Assembly (NCBI GenBank): GCA_040386535.1
Contig: JAZKFH010000019.1
Coordinates: 226,186 to 290,185, forward strand
Source of the DNA: Myxococcota bacterium
GTDB lineage: Bacteria > Myxococcota_A > UBA796 > SXON01
Direction of reading: 5' to 3'
DNA: 64,000 nucleotides
The notes under the pieces are model-generated. The model did not search any database. It saw only the letters and a program-made list of their open reading frames with translations, and was not told where the DNA came from. Positions 34,215-44,442 of the stretch are shown one piece after another. Numbering within the stretch: position 1 is the stretch's first letter; every line of letters starts with the position of its first letter. A program made the translations under genes and the position numbers.

Positions 34215-37052
34215 ATGCTCCTGCTCGCCCTGGCCTGTCACTCGCCCGAGAAGGCGCCGCCATCCGACACGGACGTCGAGGTCGCCGACACGGCGGACAC
34301 CGACATCGTCGACACGGACACGGCCGACACCGACACCGCGGACACCGACACGTCTCCTCCCGTGACCGTGCTCGGCATGGCGCCGGCCGACGGCGACGCG
34401 TGGATCGCGCTGGACACGCGGATCACCGTCACGTTCGCGGAGCCCGTGGCCGCCGACGCCGTGTCGGCGCGCCTCTCGGCTGGCGAGGATCTGCCGTTCA
34501 CGCTCTCCGTGGAGGGCCCGACGGTGACGCTCACCCCCGATGCGCTCCTCGCGGCGGACACGCGCCACACCGTCACGATCGTGCTCTCCGGTGGGGAGGC
34601 GTTCACCGCCTCGTTCACGACGGTCCCCACGCTCGTCCCCGTCGTCGGCGCGGGCCCGTGGGATCCCCGTCTCGACCTCGATGGAGACGGCGCGACCGAC
34701 GCCGTCTGGTCGACCTCCACGGGCGCCGACGGCCATGTGCGGCTCGCCCTCGCGGACCTCGCCCCGGACGGCACGCGCACCGAGCGCTGGACGACCACCC
34801 TCCCGACCGGGACGCTCGGCCTCGCGCCGACGTGGCACTGGCGCTCGTTCATGGGCGACGAGACGCGGGACTTCACCCTCGTGATGCGCGACGGTGCCGA
34901 CCTCCCCCTGCGCGCGGGAGACGGCGCGACCGGCCTGCTCCGCGAGTGGGCCTACGACCTCGGTGACAACAACTTCGGCGGCGTCGAGCGTGTGCGTGCG
35001 GTCGCGACGGTCGACTACCAGCTCCCCGGCTACCCCGGCCCGGCGCTCCTGATCGACTCCGCGGGCAGCACCCGCGGCCGCCTCTACGGGTTTCCCGATG
35101 GGAGCGACGTGGGCGTCGACCTCTCCGACGACCCAACCGTCATCGATCCGTCCGCGCCGTGGGCGGCCACGCCGTTCCCCGGGGTCGATCTCCCGGGTGA
35201 CGCGTACACCGACCTGTACGATGCCTTCAACCCCGACGCGCCCTGCGAGTGGATCGCGGAGGTGTGGCACTACCGCTGCGGCGTCCCCGACGATGGCGCC
35301 GCCACCGGCTACTCGCTCGACAAGCTGGCCGTCGCGGACATCGACGGGGACGGCGTGGAAGACGCGTTGAGCACGTTCCTGTGGCGCTCCGTCGTCTGGC
35401 CCGGGCGGCCCCACGGAGAGCTCGCGTTCCTCGGCGCCCCCGACTACGACGAGTACTACAATCCCCAGGACGACGGCGGCTATTGTCACTCGGGCCGCCG
35501 CTACGGCTACGCGGTCACGACCCAGGTGGACGGTGACACGCCGCTGGAGACCTTCGAGATCGCCGGCGCGCCGGTCGGCACGTTCGCGGACTACAACCAG
35601 GAGGTCTCCTACAACGTCGCGCTGATCGACGCGGACGACAGCAGCGGCCGCCTGCTCCGCGGCGTCGCCTGGAACAACGCGCTCGGCACCATGACCCCCG
35701 GATGTGGCCAGGAGAAGATCTACGACGGCGCGATGCACGTGCCGGGCGAGGGCCACGTGAGCGACGCCGGCGGGGTCACCACCCACCTGTTCATGAACCG
35801 GTTCTACGTCGACACCATCCCGGGCCTCTGTCCCGACGGCGACTACGCCTGCTACATCGACCAACTGATGGAGATGACCGGGGCCTGGAGCTTCGTCGTG
35901 CTCGACGCGCCGACCGGCGCCACCGTATTCGAGGACGACGACACCTACGTCTGGGACACCCTGACGGACCCCGACACCGGCGACCTCTGGGTGCTCTACT
36001 CGGCGCAGGCGGACCGCTTCAACGTCGGCACGGAGTCGTGGGACTTCGTCTCTGACGGCGTCCGCTCGCTCACGCCCGACGTGGTCCCGCAGCTCCGCGC
36101 CGATCTCGCCATCGCGCGCCTCGACCTCGACGTGGGCGGTCTCGTGGACGTGACGCTCCTCGGCGGCGACTACGCCCCCTACCTGCTCGCCCAGCAGCTC
36201 CAGTCCCTGGGCGGCGCCTCCGCCAGCAACTTCTCCGTCAAGCGCCTGTTGACCGTCCCGAGCCCCTCGGGCGGGCCCCCGGCCTTCGCGGTGCACGGCG
36301 AGGACGGCATCACGCTGGTCGCGCGCGTCGCGGATCGGTGGGTACCCGTGGCGGACTACTCGGTGGCCGGCGATCCGGCGGGCACCTGGGCGGTGCTCGT
36401 GGACGACACCTTCGACGACGGCGACATCGGCGCGAACCCCGGCGGGATCGGCGGGGGCTTCGTGGACGAGTCCTACGGCGTGGAGGACGCGACCGAGGCC
36501 GACGGCGCCTTGCTCCTCCACGATCCTCAGTATCTCTACGCCGGCGTCCGGAGCGTCGACCGGTGGGATCCGATCGGGGTGGAGGTGCGCATCGAGCTCG
36601 CGGCGGTGGACACGGACGTGGTCACCACGGACGGCGCCCCCGGCGACCAGGCCACCCGCACCGTGTTCGGCCTCGTGGACGACGCTGCCGGGGTCTTCTT
36701 CGGCGGGGGAGGGCAGGGGATCTACGTCGAGCTCGCGACGGTGCTGGGCGCGCCGCGCACCGGGACGGTGGCGATCCGCGCGGCGGACTACGCGATCCTG
36801 CTCGCGCCCGTCGCCATCCCCGACTGGGACGGCACTGCGCCGATCACGCTCACCTTGCGCACCGACGCGGACGGCTGGCACCTCCGCGCAAGCGAGGCGT
36901 TCTCGGACGGCACGATGGGGCGGTCGGGCACATGGTATGGCACCTCTGCGGTGCTCTTTCCGGACATGGACGAGGTCGGCCTGGTCATCGCGCACCAGTT
37001 CGAGTCCACCGTGCGGGTGGACGCGGTGCGGGTGAGCGCCCTCGGCGGGTAG
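34215..37052 (+). CDS. Large lipoprotein: Asp/Thr linker, Ig-like (SbsA/Big_5-like) domain, unknown Cys-containing region
   Basis: MLLLALAC; DTDTAD linker; PADG...ITVTFAEPV...TVTLTPDALLAADTRHTVTI; VADIDGDGVED. Confidence 0.8.
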   Translation: MLLLALACHSPEKAPPSDTDVEVADTADTDIVDTDTADTDTADTDTSPPVTVLGMAPADGDAWIALDTRITVTFAEPVAADAVSARLSAGEDLPFTLSVEGPTVTLTPDALLAADTRHTVTIVLSGGEAFTASFTTVPTLVPVVGAGPWDPRLDLDGDGATDAVWSTSTGADGHVRLALADLAPDGTRTERWTTTLPTGTLGLAPTWHWRSFMGDETRDFTLVMRDGADLPLRAGDGATGLLREWAYDLGDNNFGGVERVRAVATVDYQLPGYPGPALLIDSAGSTRGRLYGFPDGSDVGVDLSDDPTVIDPSAPWAATPFPGVDLPGDAYTDLYDAFNPDAPCEWIAEVWHYRCGVPDDGAATGYSLDKLAVADIDGDGVEDALSTFLWRSVVWPGRPHGELAFLGAPDYDEYYNPQDDGGYCHSGRRYGYAVTTQVDGDTPLETFEIAGAPVGTFADYNQEVSYNVALIDADDSSGRLLRGVAWNNALGTMTPGCGQEKIYDGAMHVPGEGHVSDAGGVTTHLFMNRFYVDTIPGLCPDGDYACYIDQLMEMTGAWSFVVLDAPTGATVFEDDDTYVWDTLTDPDTGDLWVLYSAQADRFNVGTESWDFVSDGVRSLTPDVVPQLRADLAIARLDLDVGGLVDVTLLGGDYAPYLLAQQLQSLGGASASNFSVKRLLTVPSPSGGPPAFAVHGEDGITLVARVADRWVPVADYSVAGDPAGTWAVLVDDTFDDGDIGANPGGIGGGFVDESYGVEDATEADGALLLHDPQYLYAGVRSVDRWDPIGVEVRIELAAVDTDVVTTDGAPGDQATRTVFGLVDDAAGVFFGGGGQGIYVELATVLGAPRTGTVAIRAADYAILLAPVAIPDWDGTAPITLTLRTDADGWHLRASEAFSDGTMGRSGTWYGTSAVLFPDMDEVGLVIAHQFESTVRVDAVRVSALGG

Positions 37053-37059
37053 CGCCCCC

Positions 37060-37479
37060 TCAGCGGATCGGCCGCCGCGCTGTGTAGATCCCCCCGACGA
37101 CGCCGAGGGTGGCGGGCACGTGCATCAGCTCGAGCGCCGCGATGGTCTTCATGTCCGCGAACGCCCAGAACGGGAGGTAGAGCTCCACGAGGAACACCGC
37201 GACGGCGATGCCGACGTAGATGGACCAGGCGCGGGTGCCGGCCAGCTTGGCGAGGATCGCGACCAGCACGATCGACACGACGGCGGCGATCAGGCAGTTC
37301 ACCATCGGCTGGAAGAACGGGAGAACCTCCATCCCGCCCATCGCCGCGGGGTCCCTGGGCCTGAAGTCGGCGCCGATCGCGGCGGCCAGGAAGTAGATGC
37401 CGACACACACCACCCCGGCGACAAACCCGCCCAGGGCGGCTCCCTTGGCGGCTGCTTTCACATCGAGCGTCGTGTTCAT
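37060..37479 (-). CDS. Four-TM membrane protein (DUF6069-like)
   Basis: Four hydrophobic segments; C-terminal ALELMHV motif. Confidence 0.65.
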   Translation of the reverse strand: MNTTLDVKAAAKGAALGGFVAGVVCVGIYFLAAAIGADFRPRDPAAMGGMEVLPFFQPMVNCLIAAVVSIVLVAILAKLAGTRAWSIYVGIAVAVFLVELYLPFWAFADMKTIAALELMHVPATLGVVGGIYTARRPIR

Positions 37480-37548
37480 CGGAGTGTTCTCTCGCTGCGC
37501 GCGAGTATGGCACGGAACCCGCCGCCGAGCCGGGGGCGTGCCCGGCGG

Positions 37549-38040
37549 TCACTCTGTCAGGGTCACTCCGCGCTCCGCGGTGAGCTCGCGGCCACACGCG
37601 TCGTCGATCCGCGCGGCGAGCGAGACCTCGGGGCTCACGAGCTCATCCATGCCCCACGCGTCGAGCACTACGGTCTCGCCGACGATCGTGAAGACGTCAT
37701 CGAAGCCGTGGACGAAGTGGCGCGACGCGCCCGTGTAGCCGCCGATCCGGGCGCCCGCGCGGTCGAGGATCTCGAAGTCGACGAGTGGATTGTCCTCGTC
37801 CCCGAACAACGCGCCGCCCTGGACGATGCCGGTGACCTCGAGCGCGCCGAGCACCATCAGCCCGCCCTGGGAGCCGCGCACGAGGGGAACGCGGTCGCCG
37901 TCCACGACGGGCTCGAAGTCCTGCTCGCCGGTGCCGATCGCGAGCGTGGGTTCGATTTCGGCGGCGGCCTCGCATGCATCGTCGGAGGCGGGATCACACG
38001 CGGCCAGCGTGAGGGCGGCGAGGAGGAGGGGGCGTGACAT
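37549..38040 (-). CDS. Hypothetical lipoprotein
   Basis: MSRPLLLAALTLAAC; IGTGEQDFEPVVDGD...VRGSQGG. Confidence 0.75.
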   Translation of the reverse strand: MSRPLLLAALTLAACDPASDDACEAAAEIEPTLAIGTGEQDFEPVVDGDRVPLVRGSQGGLMVLGALEVTGIVQGGALFGDEDNPLVDFEILDRAGARIGGYTGASRHFVHGFDDVFTIVGETVVLDAWGMDELVSPEVSLAARIDDACGRELTAERGVTLTE

Positions 38041-38070
38041 GGGCGTGGAGCTCCGGCTGCCAGCCATTCA

Positions 38071-38087
38071 AGCACGCAGCGTGCCAA
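38071..38087 (-). promoter_or_regulatory. Sigma-54-like -24/-12 promoter TTGGCACGCTGCGTGCT
   Basis: TGGCACG-N4-GTGCT with GG-N10-GC spacing, 30 bp upstream of the ATG at 38040. Confidence 0.45.
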
Positions 38088-38181
38088 CGACGTGAAACGA
38101 GGCGTACGTGGCGGGATCGGCCGGCTGCCCGGGCGCCTCCCCTCAGCTGCGCCTCAGGCTGCGGAGATAGCCTCTCTTGGC

Positions 38182-38859
38182 ATGGCCCGGATCCTCCTCA
38201 TCGAAGACGAACCCCTGCTCGCCCTGGCGGTGCAGAAGGGGCTTCAGGAGGAGCTCCACACAGTACAGGTCGCGCGGGACGGCACGTCCGGGCTGGCCGC
38301 CGCCGAGGCCGGGGGCCACGACCTGTTGGTCCTCGATCTGCTCCTGCCCGGTGTTCCCGGTCTGACAATCTGCCGGCGCCTGCGCGCGGCGGGGTCCAAC
38401 CTCCCCATCCTCATGCTGACGGCGCGTGACGCCCCGTCCGACATCGTGGCCGGGCTCGACGCAGGGGCCGACGACTACCTCGCCAAGCCCTTCGCCTTCG
38501 AGGTGCTCCTCGCGCGCGTCCGCACGCTCCTCCGGCGCGCCCAGGGCCTCAACGGGCCGCGATACCGGGTCGGGCCGCTGGAGATCGACACCGCCGCCCA
38601 CCGGGTGTGGCGGGACGGGGCGGAGGTGACCCTCACCGGCCGCGAGTTCGAGATCCTCGAGACGTTGGTGCGCCGGCACGGCACGGTCGTCTCCAAGAGC
38701 CGCATCGCGCAGGCGATCTGGAGCGGCGAGGCCGAACACGATCCCAACGCCATCGAGGTCCACGTCGCGAGCCTGCGGCGGAAGATCGACCGGGGACGCA
38801 GCCCGCAGGTGATCCGCACCGTGCGCGGCGTAGGGTACGTCGTGCGGGCCGGCGAGTGA
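38182..38859 (+). CDS. OmpR-family response regulator
   Basis: ILLIEDE, VLDLLLP, GADDYLAKPF, IEVHVASLRRKID, TVRGVGY. Confidence 0.95.
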   Translation: MARILLIEDEPLLALAVQKGLQEELHTVQVARDGTSGLAAAEAGGHDLLVLDLLLPGVPGLTICRRLRAAGSNLPILMLTARDAPSDIVAGLDAGADDYLAKPFAFEVLLARVRTLLRRAQGLNGPRYRVGPLEIDTAAHRVWRDGAEVTLTGREFEILETLVRRHGTVVSKSRIAQAIWSGEAEHDPNAIEVHVASLRRKIDRGRSPQVIRTVRGVGYVVRAGE

Positions 38860-40385
38860 GGGGGCGCTCGCTCCGCACCCGCATCTCGGTCGGCATCGCG
38901 GCGCCGGCGATCGGCATCCTCGTGCTCTCATGCGTCACGATCTACTCCTGGGTGAGCGCGCGGGAGATGGGGCACCTCGACCGGTCCCTGGAGATGCGCG
39001 CCGCCGCCATGGCCTCCCTCGTCGACCTGGACGGCGGCATCTGGGACGTGGAGTTCGATCGCGCGGACGTGCCGGTCGTCGAGCTCTTCGGGGCCCTGTC
39101 GGCCTACGAGGTGCGCGTGGCCGCCAACGGCGGGCTCATCGCCCAGCGCCGCCTCGACGAGCCCGGCCTCTTCGACGACCTGCCGCCGGACCCGCTCGCC
39201 GCGCTCTCCCCCGAGAGGCTCGCCGCGCTGCCGAGTGATCGGCCGCTCGAGCTCTCGGGGAGCGTGCAGACCGTCGAGTTGGAGAGCGGGCGGTCCTTCC
39301 GGACGTGGACCGGCGTGTACCTCGTGCGCGCGCACGAGGGCGACCCCGGGGAGGGCGCGCGCATGCCCGTCGGCGCGCCGTCCGGTCCCGCCGCGCCGGT
39401 CGTACGGATCGCGGTCGCCCAGGATCTCGCCCCGATCCGGGGGGAGCTCGCCGCGCTCCTCGGCACCGAGCTCGCCACCGGCGTCGCCCTCTCGGTGCTG
39501 GCGCTGCTCGCCGGCGGCGTGCTGTCCCGGCGGATCGTGGCGCCGATCGAGCACATCGCGCGTCGCGCCGCCGAGGTGCGCGCCCCGTCCGCGGTGCCGC
39601 CGCTCACGCTCGCGGGCACGGGGGACGAGATCGACCAGCTCGCGGAGGCGCTCAACCAGAGCTACCTCCGCCTGCACGCCGCCTACGCGCTCCAGGGCCG
39701 CTTCACCGCGGACGCGTCGCACGAGCTGCGCACCCCGCTCGCCGTGATCCGTTCGAATGCGGAGCTGGCGCTCCGGCAGCCGCGGCCGACCTACGAGTAC
39801 GAGGCCGTGCTCGCGGCGGTGGTGTCGGGGGCGGTGCGGATCGAGGGGGTGATCGAGGGGCTGCTCCTCCTGGCGCGCGCCGACGCCGGGGGCCAGGAGG
39901 GCGCGCGCGAGCGGATCGACCTGCCGGCGCTGGCCGCGGAGGTGCTCGACGATCTCCAGCCCGTCGGCCTCGGCCCGTCCCTCCGGGTGGAGGGCGAGGA
40001 GGACGCGGCGGTGTTCGGCGACGCCGTCCAGTTGGACGTGCTCCTCCGCAACCTCCTCACGAATGCCATTCGCCACACCCCGGCATCGGGGGAGGTGGTG
40101 GTCCATGTCGACACAACTGACACGTCCGTGATTCTCGAAGTGCGTGACACGGGGGAGGGGATCCCGCCCGACGCGCTCCCCCACGTCTTCGATCGATTCT
40201 TCCGCGCGGACGAAGCGCGCAGCCGCGACGCGGGCGGGGCCGGCCTGGGCCTCTCCATCGTCCAGGCGGTGGTCCTCCAGCATGGCGGCACCATCGACAT
40301 CGAGAGCGCGCACGACCGCGGCACGGTCGTTCGTGTCCGGTTCCCTCGGGCCGCCGCGCCCATGACACGCAAGGAGGTTGGATGA
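38856..40385 (+). CDS. Membrane sensor histidine kinase (CusS/QseC-like architecture)
   Basis: GTGA overlap; 2 [33 protein letters not shown]. Confidence 0.93.
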   Translation: MRGRSLRTRISVGIAAPAIGILVLSCVTIYSWVSAREMGHLDRSLEMRAAAMASLVDLDGGIWDVEFDRADVPVVELFGALSAYEVRVAANGGLIAQRRLDEPGLFDDLPPDPLAALSPERLAALPSDRPLELSGSVQTVELESGRSFRTWTGVYLVRAHEGDPGEGARMPVGAPSGPAAPVVRIAVAQDLAPIRGELAALLGTELATGVALSVLALLAGGVLSRRIVAPIEHIARRAAEVRAPSAVPPLTLAGTGDEIDQLAEALNQSYLRLHAAYALQGRFTADASHELRTPLAVIRSNAELALRQPRPTYEYEAVLAAVVSGAVRIEGVIEGLLLLARADAGGQEGARERIDLPALAAEVLDDLQPVGLGPSLRVEGEEDAAVFGDAVQLDVLLRNLLTNAIRHTPASGEVVVHVDTTDTSVILEVRDTGEGIPPDALPHVFDRFFRADEARSRDAGGAGLGLSIVQAVVLQHGGTIDIESAHDRGTVVRVRFPRAAAPMTRKEVG

Positions 40386-41281
40386 AACAAATCAGCGTGG
40401 TGGTGGCCGTCGTCTCGGCCGCGCTCGCCGGGGGCGCCCTGTTCGCCTTCGCGGGCCCGCCGGGTCCGGGTGCGCCCCTGTCGATGCCCGCCTCCACCGC
40501 CGGCACCCAGGTCTTCGAGGGGTTCTGCGAGGCCTCTGCGATCCTCCCGTGGAAGGGGGGGTTCCTGGTGGGTGACAACGAGACGGACGGGAGCCTGTAC
40601 GGGCTGACCGGGACGCTCGGCGCCACGGAGGGCCTTCAACTCTCCGGTGAGGTGGAGGACATCGAGGCCCTCGCCATCGGGCCCGCCGGAGAGCTGATCG
40701 TGGTGGGCTCCCAGGGCGCGAACAAGAAAGGCAAGGCACAACCCGAGCGTGAGCGCATCCTCGTGCAAGGGCACCCCGCGATCCGCCCCGACCTGTCCGG
40801 TTGCCCGTCCTGCATCGCGGCGCGGGGGCTCCCACCCAAGGAGGGCGGGCTCTCCGTGGAGGGGGCCGCGTGGTGGGGCGACGCACTCTGGTTGGGCGTC
40901 CGGTCCCCGCTGGTCGGCGGCGAGGCGATGTTGCTCCGGCTCGAAGGCGCGCCCACGGTGTCGCTCTCGGTCGCGGACACCGACCTGCTCGATCTCGGCG
41001 GGTACGGCGTGCGCGATCTGATGGTCACCCCCGAGGGGCTCTACGTCCTCGCGGGCCCGACCGACGGCCGCAACGCGGCCCATCGCCTGTACCGCGTCTC
41101 CCATCCGGGGAGCCCCCCCGAGCTCGTGCCCATCGAGCTTCCCGCCGGATCCGAGGGGCTGGTCCGCGTCGGCTCGGAGCTGATCGTGGTCATCGACGGC
41201 GACGGCAAGCCGGGCGTCCCGTGCAAGGAGCCCGCGCGGTGGGCCCGGGTTCCCATGGCGGGCGCCCAGAATTCACTCTGA
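40382..41281 (+). CDS. Secreted beta-propeller-like protein (DUF3616-like)
   Basis: Signal peptide; EASAI, DIEAL, GLSVEG, LGVRSPL, LDLGGYGVRDL, YVLAGP; ATGA overlap. Confidence 0.7.
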   Translation: MKQISVVVAVVSAALAGGALFAFAGPPGPGAPLSMPASTAGTQVFEGFCEASAILPWKGGFLVGDNETDGSLYGLTGTLGATEGLQLSGEVEDIEALAIGPAGELIVVGSQGANKKGKAQPERERILVQGHPAIRPDLSGCPSCIAARGLPPKEGGLSVEGAAWWGDALWLGVRSPLVGGEAMLLRLEGAPTVSLSVADTDLLDLGGYGVRDLMVTPEGLYVLAGPTDGRNAAHRLYRVSHPGSPPELVPIELPAGSEGLVRVGSELIVVIDGDGKPGVPCKEPARWARVPMAGAQNSL

Positions 41282-41304
41282 CGGTCATGTCACCTGTTGG
41301 GTTG

Positions 41305-41324
41305 GTTGACCGACTCGTGTCAAC
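41305..41324. promoter_or_regulatory. Inverted repeat GTTGAC-N8-GTCAAC upstream of the TolC-like gene
   Basis: Perfect 6-bp arms immediately before GGAGG at 41325. Confidence 0.5.
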
Positions 41325-41336
41325 GGAGGTCGTGTG

Positions 41337-42467
41337 GTGTGGTTGCTTGCGAGCAGCGCGTTCGCGCTGACGTTGGATGAGGTGGTCGCGCGGGCGGGTG
41401 AGGTCAATCCGTACGCGGTCGCGTCGGATCTGGAGTGGCGGAAGCTCCGGATGGAGGCGGCGGAGCGGTGGTCCCTCCTGTCGGTCACCCCGGAGGTCAC
41501 GCTGGAGCGGCGGTGGGTCGCGGGGACGGTCGCCGACGAGGGGCAGGTCAAGGTGACCGCGGGCCTGCTGAACGTGCCCGGCTGGTTCGACGCGCTGGAG
41601 CAGTCGGCGCAGGCCCGGTCGTACCGCCACGTGTCCGAGGCCACCGCGCTGGACGCCCAATATGCAGCCGCCGTGCTCTACTTCGAGGCGCTCGCGGCCG
41701 AGGGCATGCGCGACGCGGCGCTGCAGTTCGTGACCGAGTCCGCGCGGACGCTCGAGGCCACGCGGGCCCGCGTGCAGGTGGGGATGGACTCGGAGATCAT
41801 GCTGCGCACGGCCGAGGTCCAGGCGCTCGAGGCCGGCACGGCGCTCCAACGCGCGGAGTCGGGCGTGCGCAATTCGCGGGCGCGCCTCGCGCGGGCGATC
41901 GAACAGGAGGTCGATACCCTGGTGCCCGTGCGCGTGGAGCCGCCCCCCGCGGAGCCGGCGCGCTCGCCCTGGATCGAGGCCCAGCGCGAGCTGACCACGG
42001 CCGCCCACATGGAGCACGCCCAGTCCTGGTCGGAGCTCTTGCCGACCGCCGAGCTCCAGGTGGAGGCGCCGATCGGGGTCGACGAGTGGACGGTCACGCT
42101 CCAGGGCACCTGGACGATCGACGGCGCGGGGCCCTTCCTCCGCGCCCGCGCCTCGGCGCTCGCGATCAAGCAGTCGGAGGTGCTCGTGCGCGGCCTCCAG
42201 CTCGACCACGACCTGTGGGTGGAGACCGGGCGGGAGGATGCGCGCTCGCTTGGGGAGGAGGTCACGTCCGCGCGCGCGCGCGTCGAGCTGTCCATCCAGA
42301 CGCTGGCCGTGGGGCAGGCGCGGCTGATCGTGGGCCTCATGGACACGCTCGACGTGATCAAGCTCCAGGAGGACGTGGTCGACGCGCGCGTGGATCAGAT
42401 CAACGCGGAGCTCGAGGAGGCCTACGCCGTGCTCGAGGCGCGGCGGCTCGCCGGCACGCCCTGGTAG
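41337..42467 (+). CDS. TolC-family outer membrane efflux protein
   Basis: ALTLDEVVARA; two helical repeats (RVQVGMDSEIML and RLIVGLMDTLDV); GGAGG 7 nt before GTG. Confidence 0.8.
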   Translation: MWLLASSAFALTLDEVVARAGEVNPYAVASDLEWRKLRMEAAERWSLLSVTPEVTLERRWVAGTVADEGQVKVTAGLLNVPGWFDALEQSAQARSYRHVSEATALDAQYAAAVLYFEALAAEGMRDAALQFVTESARTLEATRARVQVGMDSEIMLRTAEVQALEAGTALQRAESGVRNSRARLARAIEQEVDTLVPVRVEPPPAEPARSPWIEAQRELTTAAHMEHAQSWSELLPTAELQVEAPIGVDEWTVTLQGTWTIDGAGPFLRARASALAIKQSEVLVRGLQLDHDLWVETGREDARSLGEEVTSARARVELSIQTLAVGQARLIVGLMDTLDVIKLQEDVVDARVDQINAELEEAYAVLEARRLAGTPW

Positions 42468-42470
42468 CGA

Positions 42471-44360
42471 TCAGGGGCAGACGGGCCCGCTCCACGCATC
42501 GACGTTGTTCCCCTCCTCACACTCGAACAGCAGGCCCGCGCCCGTCGCGTCCGCGTCGACCTCGGCCAGGGGCTCCGCGTCGCCGAGCAGGCTCGCGTCC
42601 AACTCGAAGAACAGGGGCTCGCCGGTCTTGCCGGAGGGCACGGGGAGCGTGGTGTACTGGGTGCCGAGGATGGGGCCCCCGGGGCCGGCACGCACGCTCA
42701 CCGGGATGCCGGCGGCCGCCTCCGTGTTGCCTGCGTTGGTGACCCACGCGCCCGCGAACACCACGCCCGCGTCGCACTCGTCCTCGCACACGTCGAACAG
42801 CTCGGCCCCCAGGTCCACGTAGTTGCCGGGGGGCTGCCCGACGTCGCCCGATCGGAAGCTGTTGTGTTCGGGCCAGTTGGAGGTGCGCGTGGTGGGGATC
42901 TCGCCGTGGTCGCCCACGTTGGTGATCGAGTAGCCGTGCTGGTTCCAGGTCTTGCGCCCGGCGGGCCAGCTGTCGTCGGCATCGCCATACACGGTGAACG
43001 AGCGGTCCCAGGTGCAGTGGCCGACCACGATCTCCACGTGCCCGTCGTTGTCGACGTCGGCGACGATCGGCGTCTCGATGATGGTGCGGCTGCCGTGTTC
43101 GTCCGATTCCAGCTTCACCTCGCCGTCGAGGCCGGAGTAGAAGCGCACCGTGGTCTCGTCGGCGTAGAGCACCTCGGGGTAGCCGTCCATCTCGAAGTCG
43201 AAGAGCACGGCGCCGGCCGCGCCGGAGAAGTCGTCCACCGGCGCGCGCCACATCTCGACGCCACCCCACTTCATCGCCACGAGCACGTCCTGCGCGGCGA
43301 ACACGATGTCCGGAACGCCGTCGGCATCGAGGTCGTCGATGGACGGGGGGCCCACGTTCACCCCGGCGAACCCGTAGTTGATCGGGCCCCACACCTCGGT
43401 GCCGTCCGACTCCATGCCGGTGATGTACCAGCCGCTCGTCTTGACGATCTCGCCGTCTCCGTCGCCGTCGAAGTCGGCCACGGCGATGAGCCCGTCGCGG
43501 CCGTTGTTCCGCCACTTCACCGAGCCGTCGGGATTGTAGGCGGCGTTGCCGGTCACCAGCTCTTCGGTGCCGTCGCCGTCGAGATCCACGGGGACCGAGA
43601 GCGCGCCGTAGCTGCCGTAGGCGGTGTCGCCCTGGAGGAAGGCGGCGCCCTTGCCGAGCGTGCCGCGGCCGCGGATCTGCCCGGTGTTGTCGAGGATGAT
43701 GCTGCCGACGGTGATCTCGGGGTGGCCGTCATGGTCCATGTCGGAGATGGAGGGGTGGTTGTACCCGAGCTCGTCGACCTGGCGGCCGATGTTGGGCGAC
43801 TCCCAGAGCACCGCGCCGGTCCGACCGTCGAGCGCGTGAACGGTCGCGACGCCGCCCACGACCACCTCGGGCCACCCATCGCCGTCGAGGTCCCCGATGG
43901 CGAACCCTCCGTCCTGGCCCATCCCGGCGGCGGTCTCCCAGTACACGCCCGAGTTGTCGCCCTTCACCGCCACGACCTTTCCGCCGTCCGTCCCGGTGGC
44001 GCCGCCCTGGAAGATGACGATCGCCGGCATGTCCCCGTCGTCGATGGCGCCCGAGCCGTTGCTGTCGACGATCTGGCCCACCGCCGGGGGCCCGCAGAAC
44101 GAGCTGGTGCCGTAGTGGTATTCGACCACGGGCGTGAACGTGGCGGTCTGGAGCTCGACCTCACACTCGGTGTTGAGCGGCACGTCGTGCGGCGCGCCCG
44201 CGAGCCCCTCGCAGATGTCGGAGTAGTCGATCTCCACGGGCGCATCGGTGTCCCCGGCGGTGTCGTCCGCGCCGTTGACGTCCTTGCGGGCCTCCAGATC
44301 GTATTCCTGGCATGCGGACGAGAGCGGCGCGAGGAGGAGCAACACGGCGGTCGAGCGCAT
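42471..44360 (-). CDS. FG-GAP/VCBS repeat lipoprotein
   Basis: LSSAC lipobox; GDLDGDGWPEVV, DLDGDGTEELV, ADVDNDGHVEIVV; WNQHGYSITNV. Confidence 0.88.
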   Translation of the reverse strand: MRSTAVLLLLAPLSSACQEYDLEARKDVNGADDTAGDTDAPVEIDYSDICEGLAGAPHDVPLNTECEVELQTATFTPVVEYHYGTSSFCGPPAVGQIVDSNGSGAIDDGDMPAIVIFQGGATGTDGGKVVAVKGDNSGVYWETAAGMGQDGGFAIGDLDGDGWPEVVVGGVATVHALDGRTGAVLWESPNIGRQVDELGYNHPSISDMDHDGHPEITVGSIILDNTGQIRGRGTLGKGAAFLQGDTAYGSYGALSVPVDLDGDGTEELVTGNAAYNPDGSVKWRNNGRDGLIAVADFDGDGDGEIVKTSGWYITGMESDGTEVWGPINYGFAGVNVGPPSIDDLDADGVPDIVFAAQDVLVAMKWGGVEMWRAPVDDFSGAAGAVLFDFEMDGYPEVLYADETTVRFYSGLDGEVKLESDEHGSRTIIETPIVADVDNDGHVEIVVGHCTWDRSFTVYGDADDSWPAGRKTWNQHGYSITNVGDHGEIPTTRTSNWPEHNSFRSGDVGQPPGNYVDLGAELFDVCEDECDAGVVFAGAWVTNAGNTEAAAGIPVSVRAGPGGPILGTQYTTLPVPSGKTGEPLFFELDASLLGDAEPLAEVDADATGAGLLFECEEGNNVDAWSGPVCP

Positions 44361-44442
44361 GGGGGCTTCCACGGGAGGGTGTGCTTGTACACCGGACGGC
44401 CGCCGGCTGTCGGGGTTAACGGAGTACCTTGCGAGCGGGACG

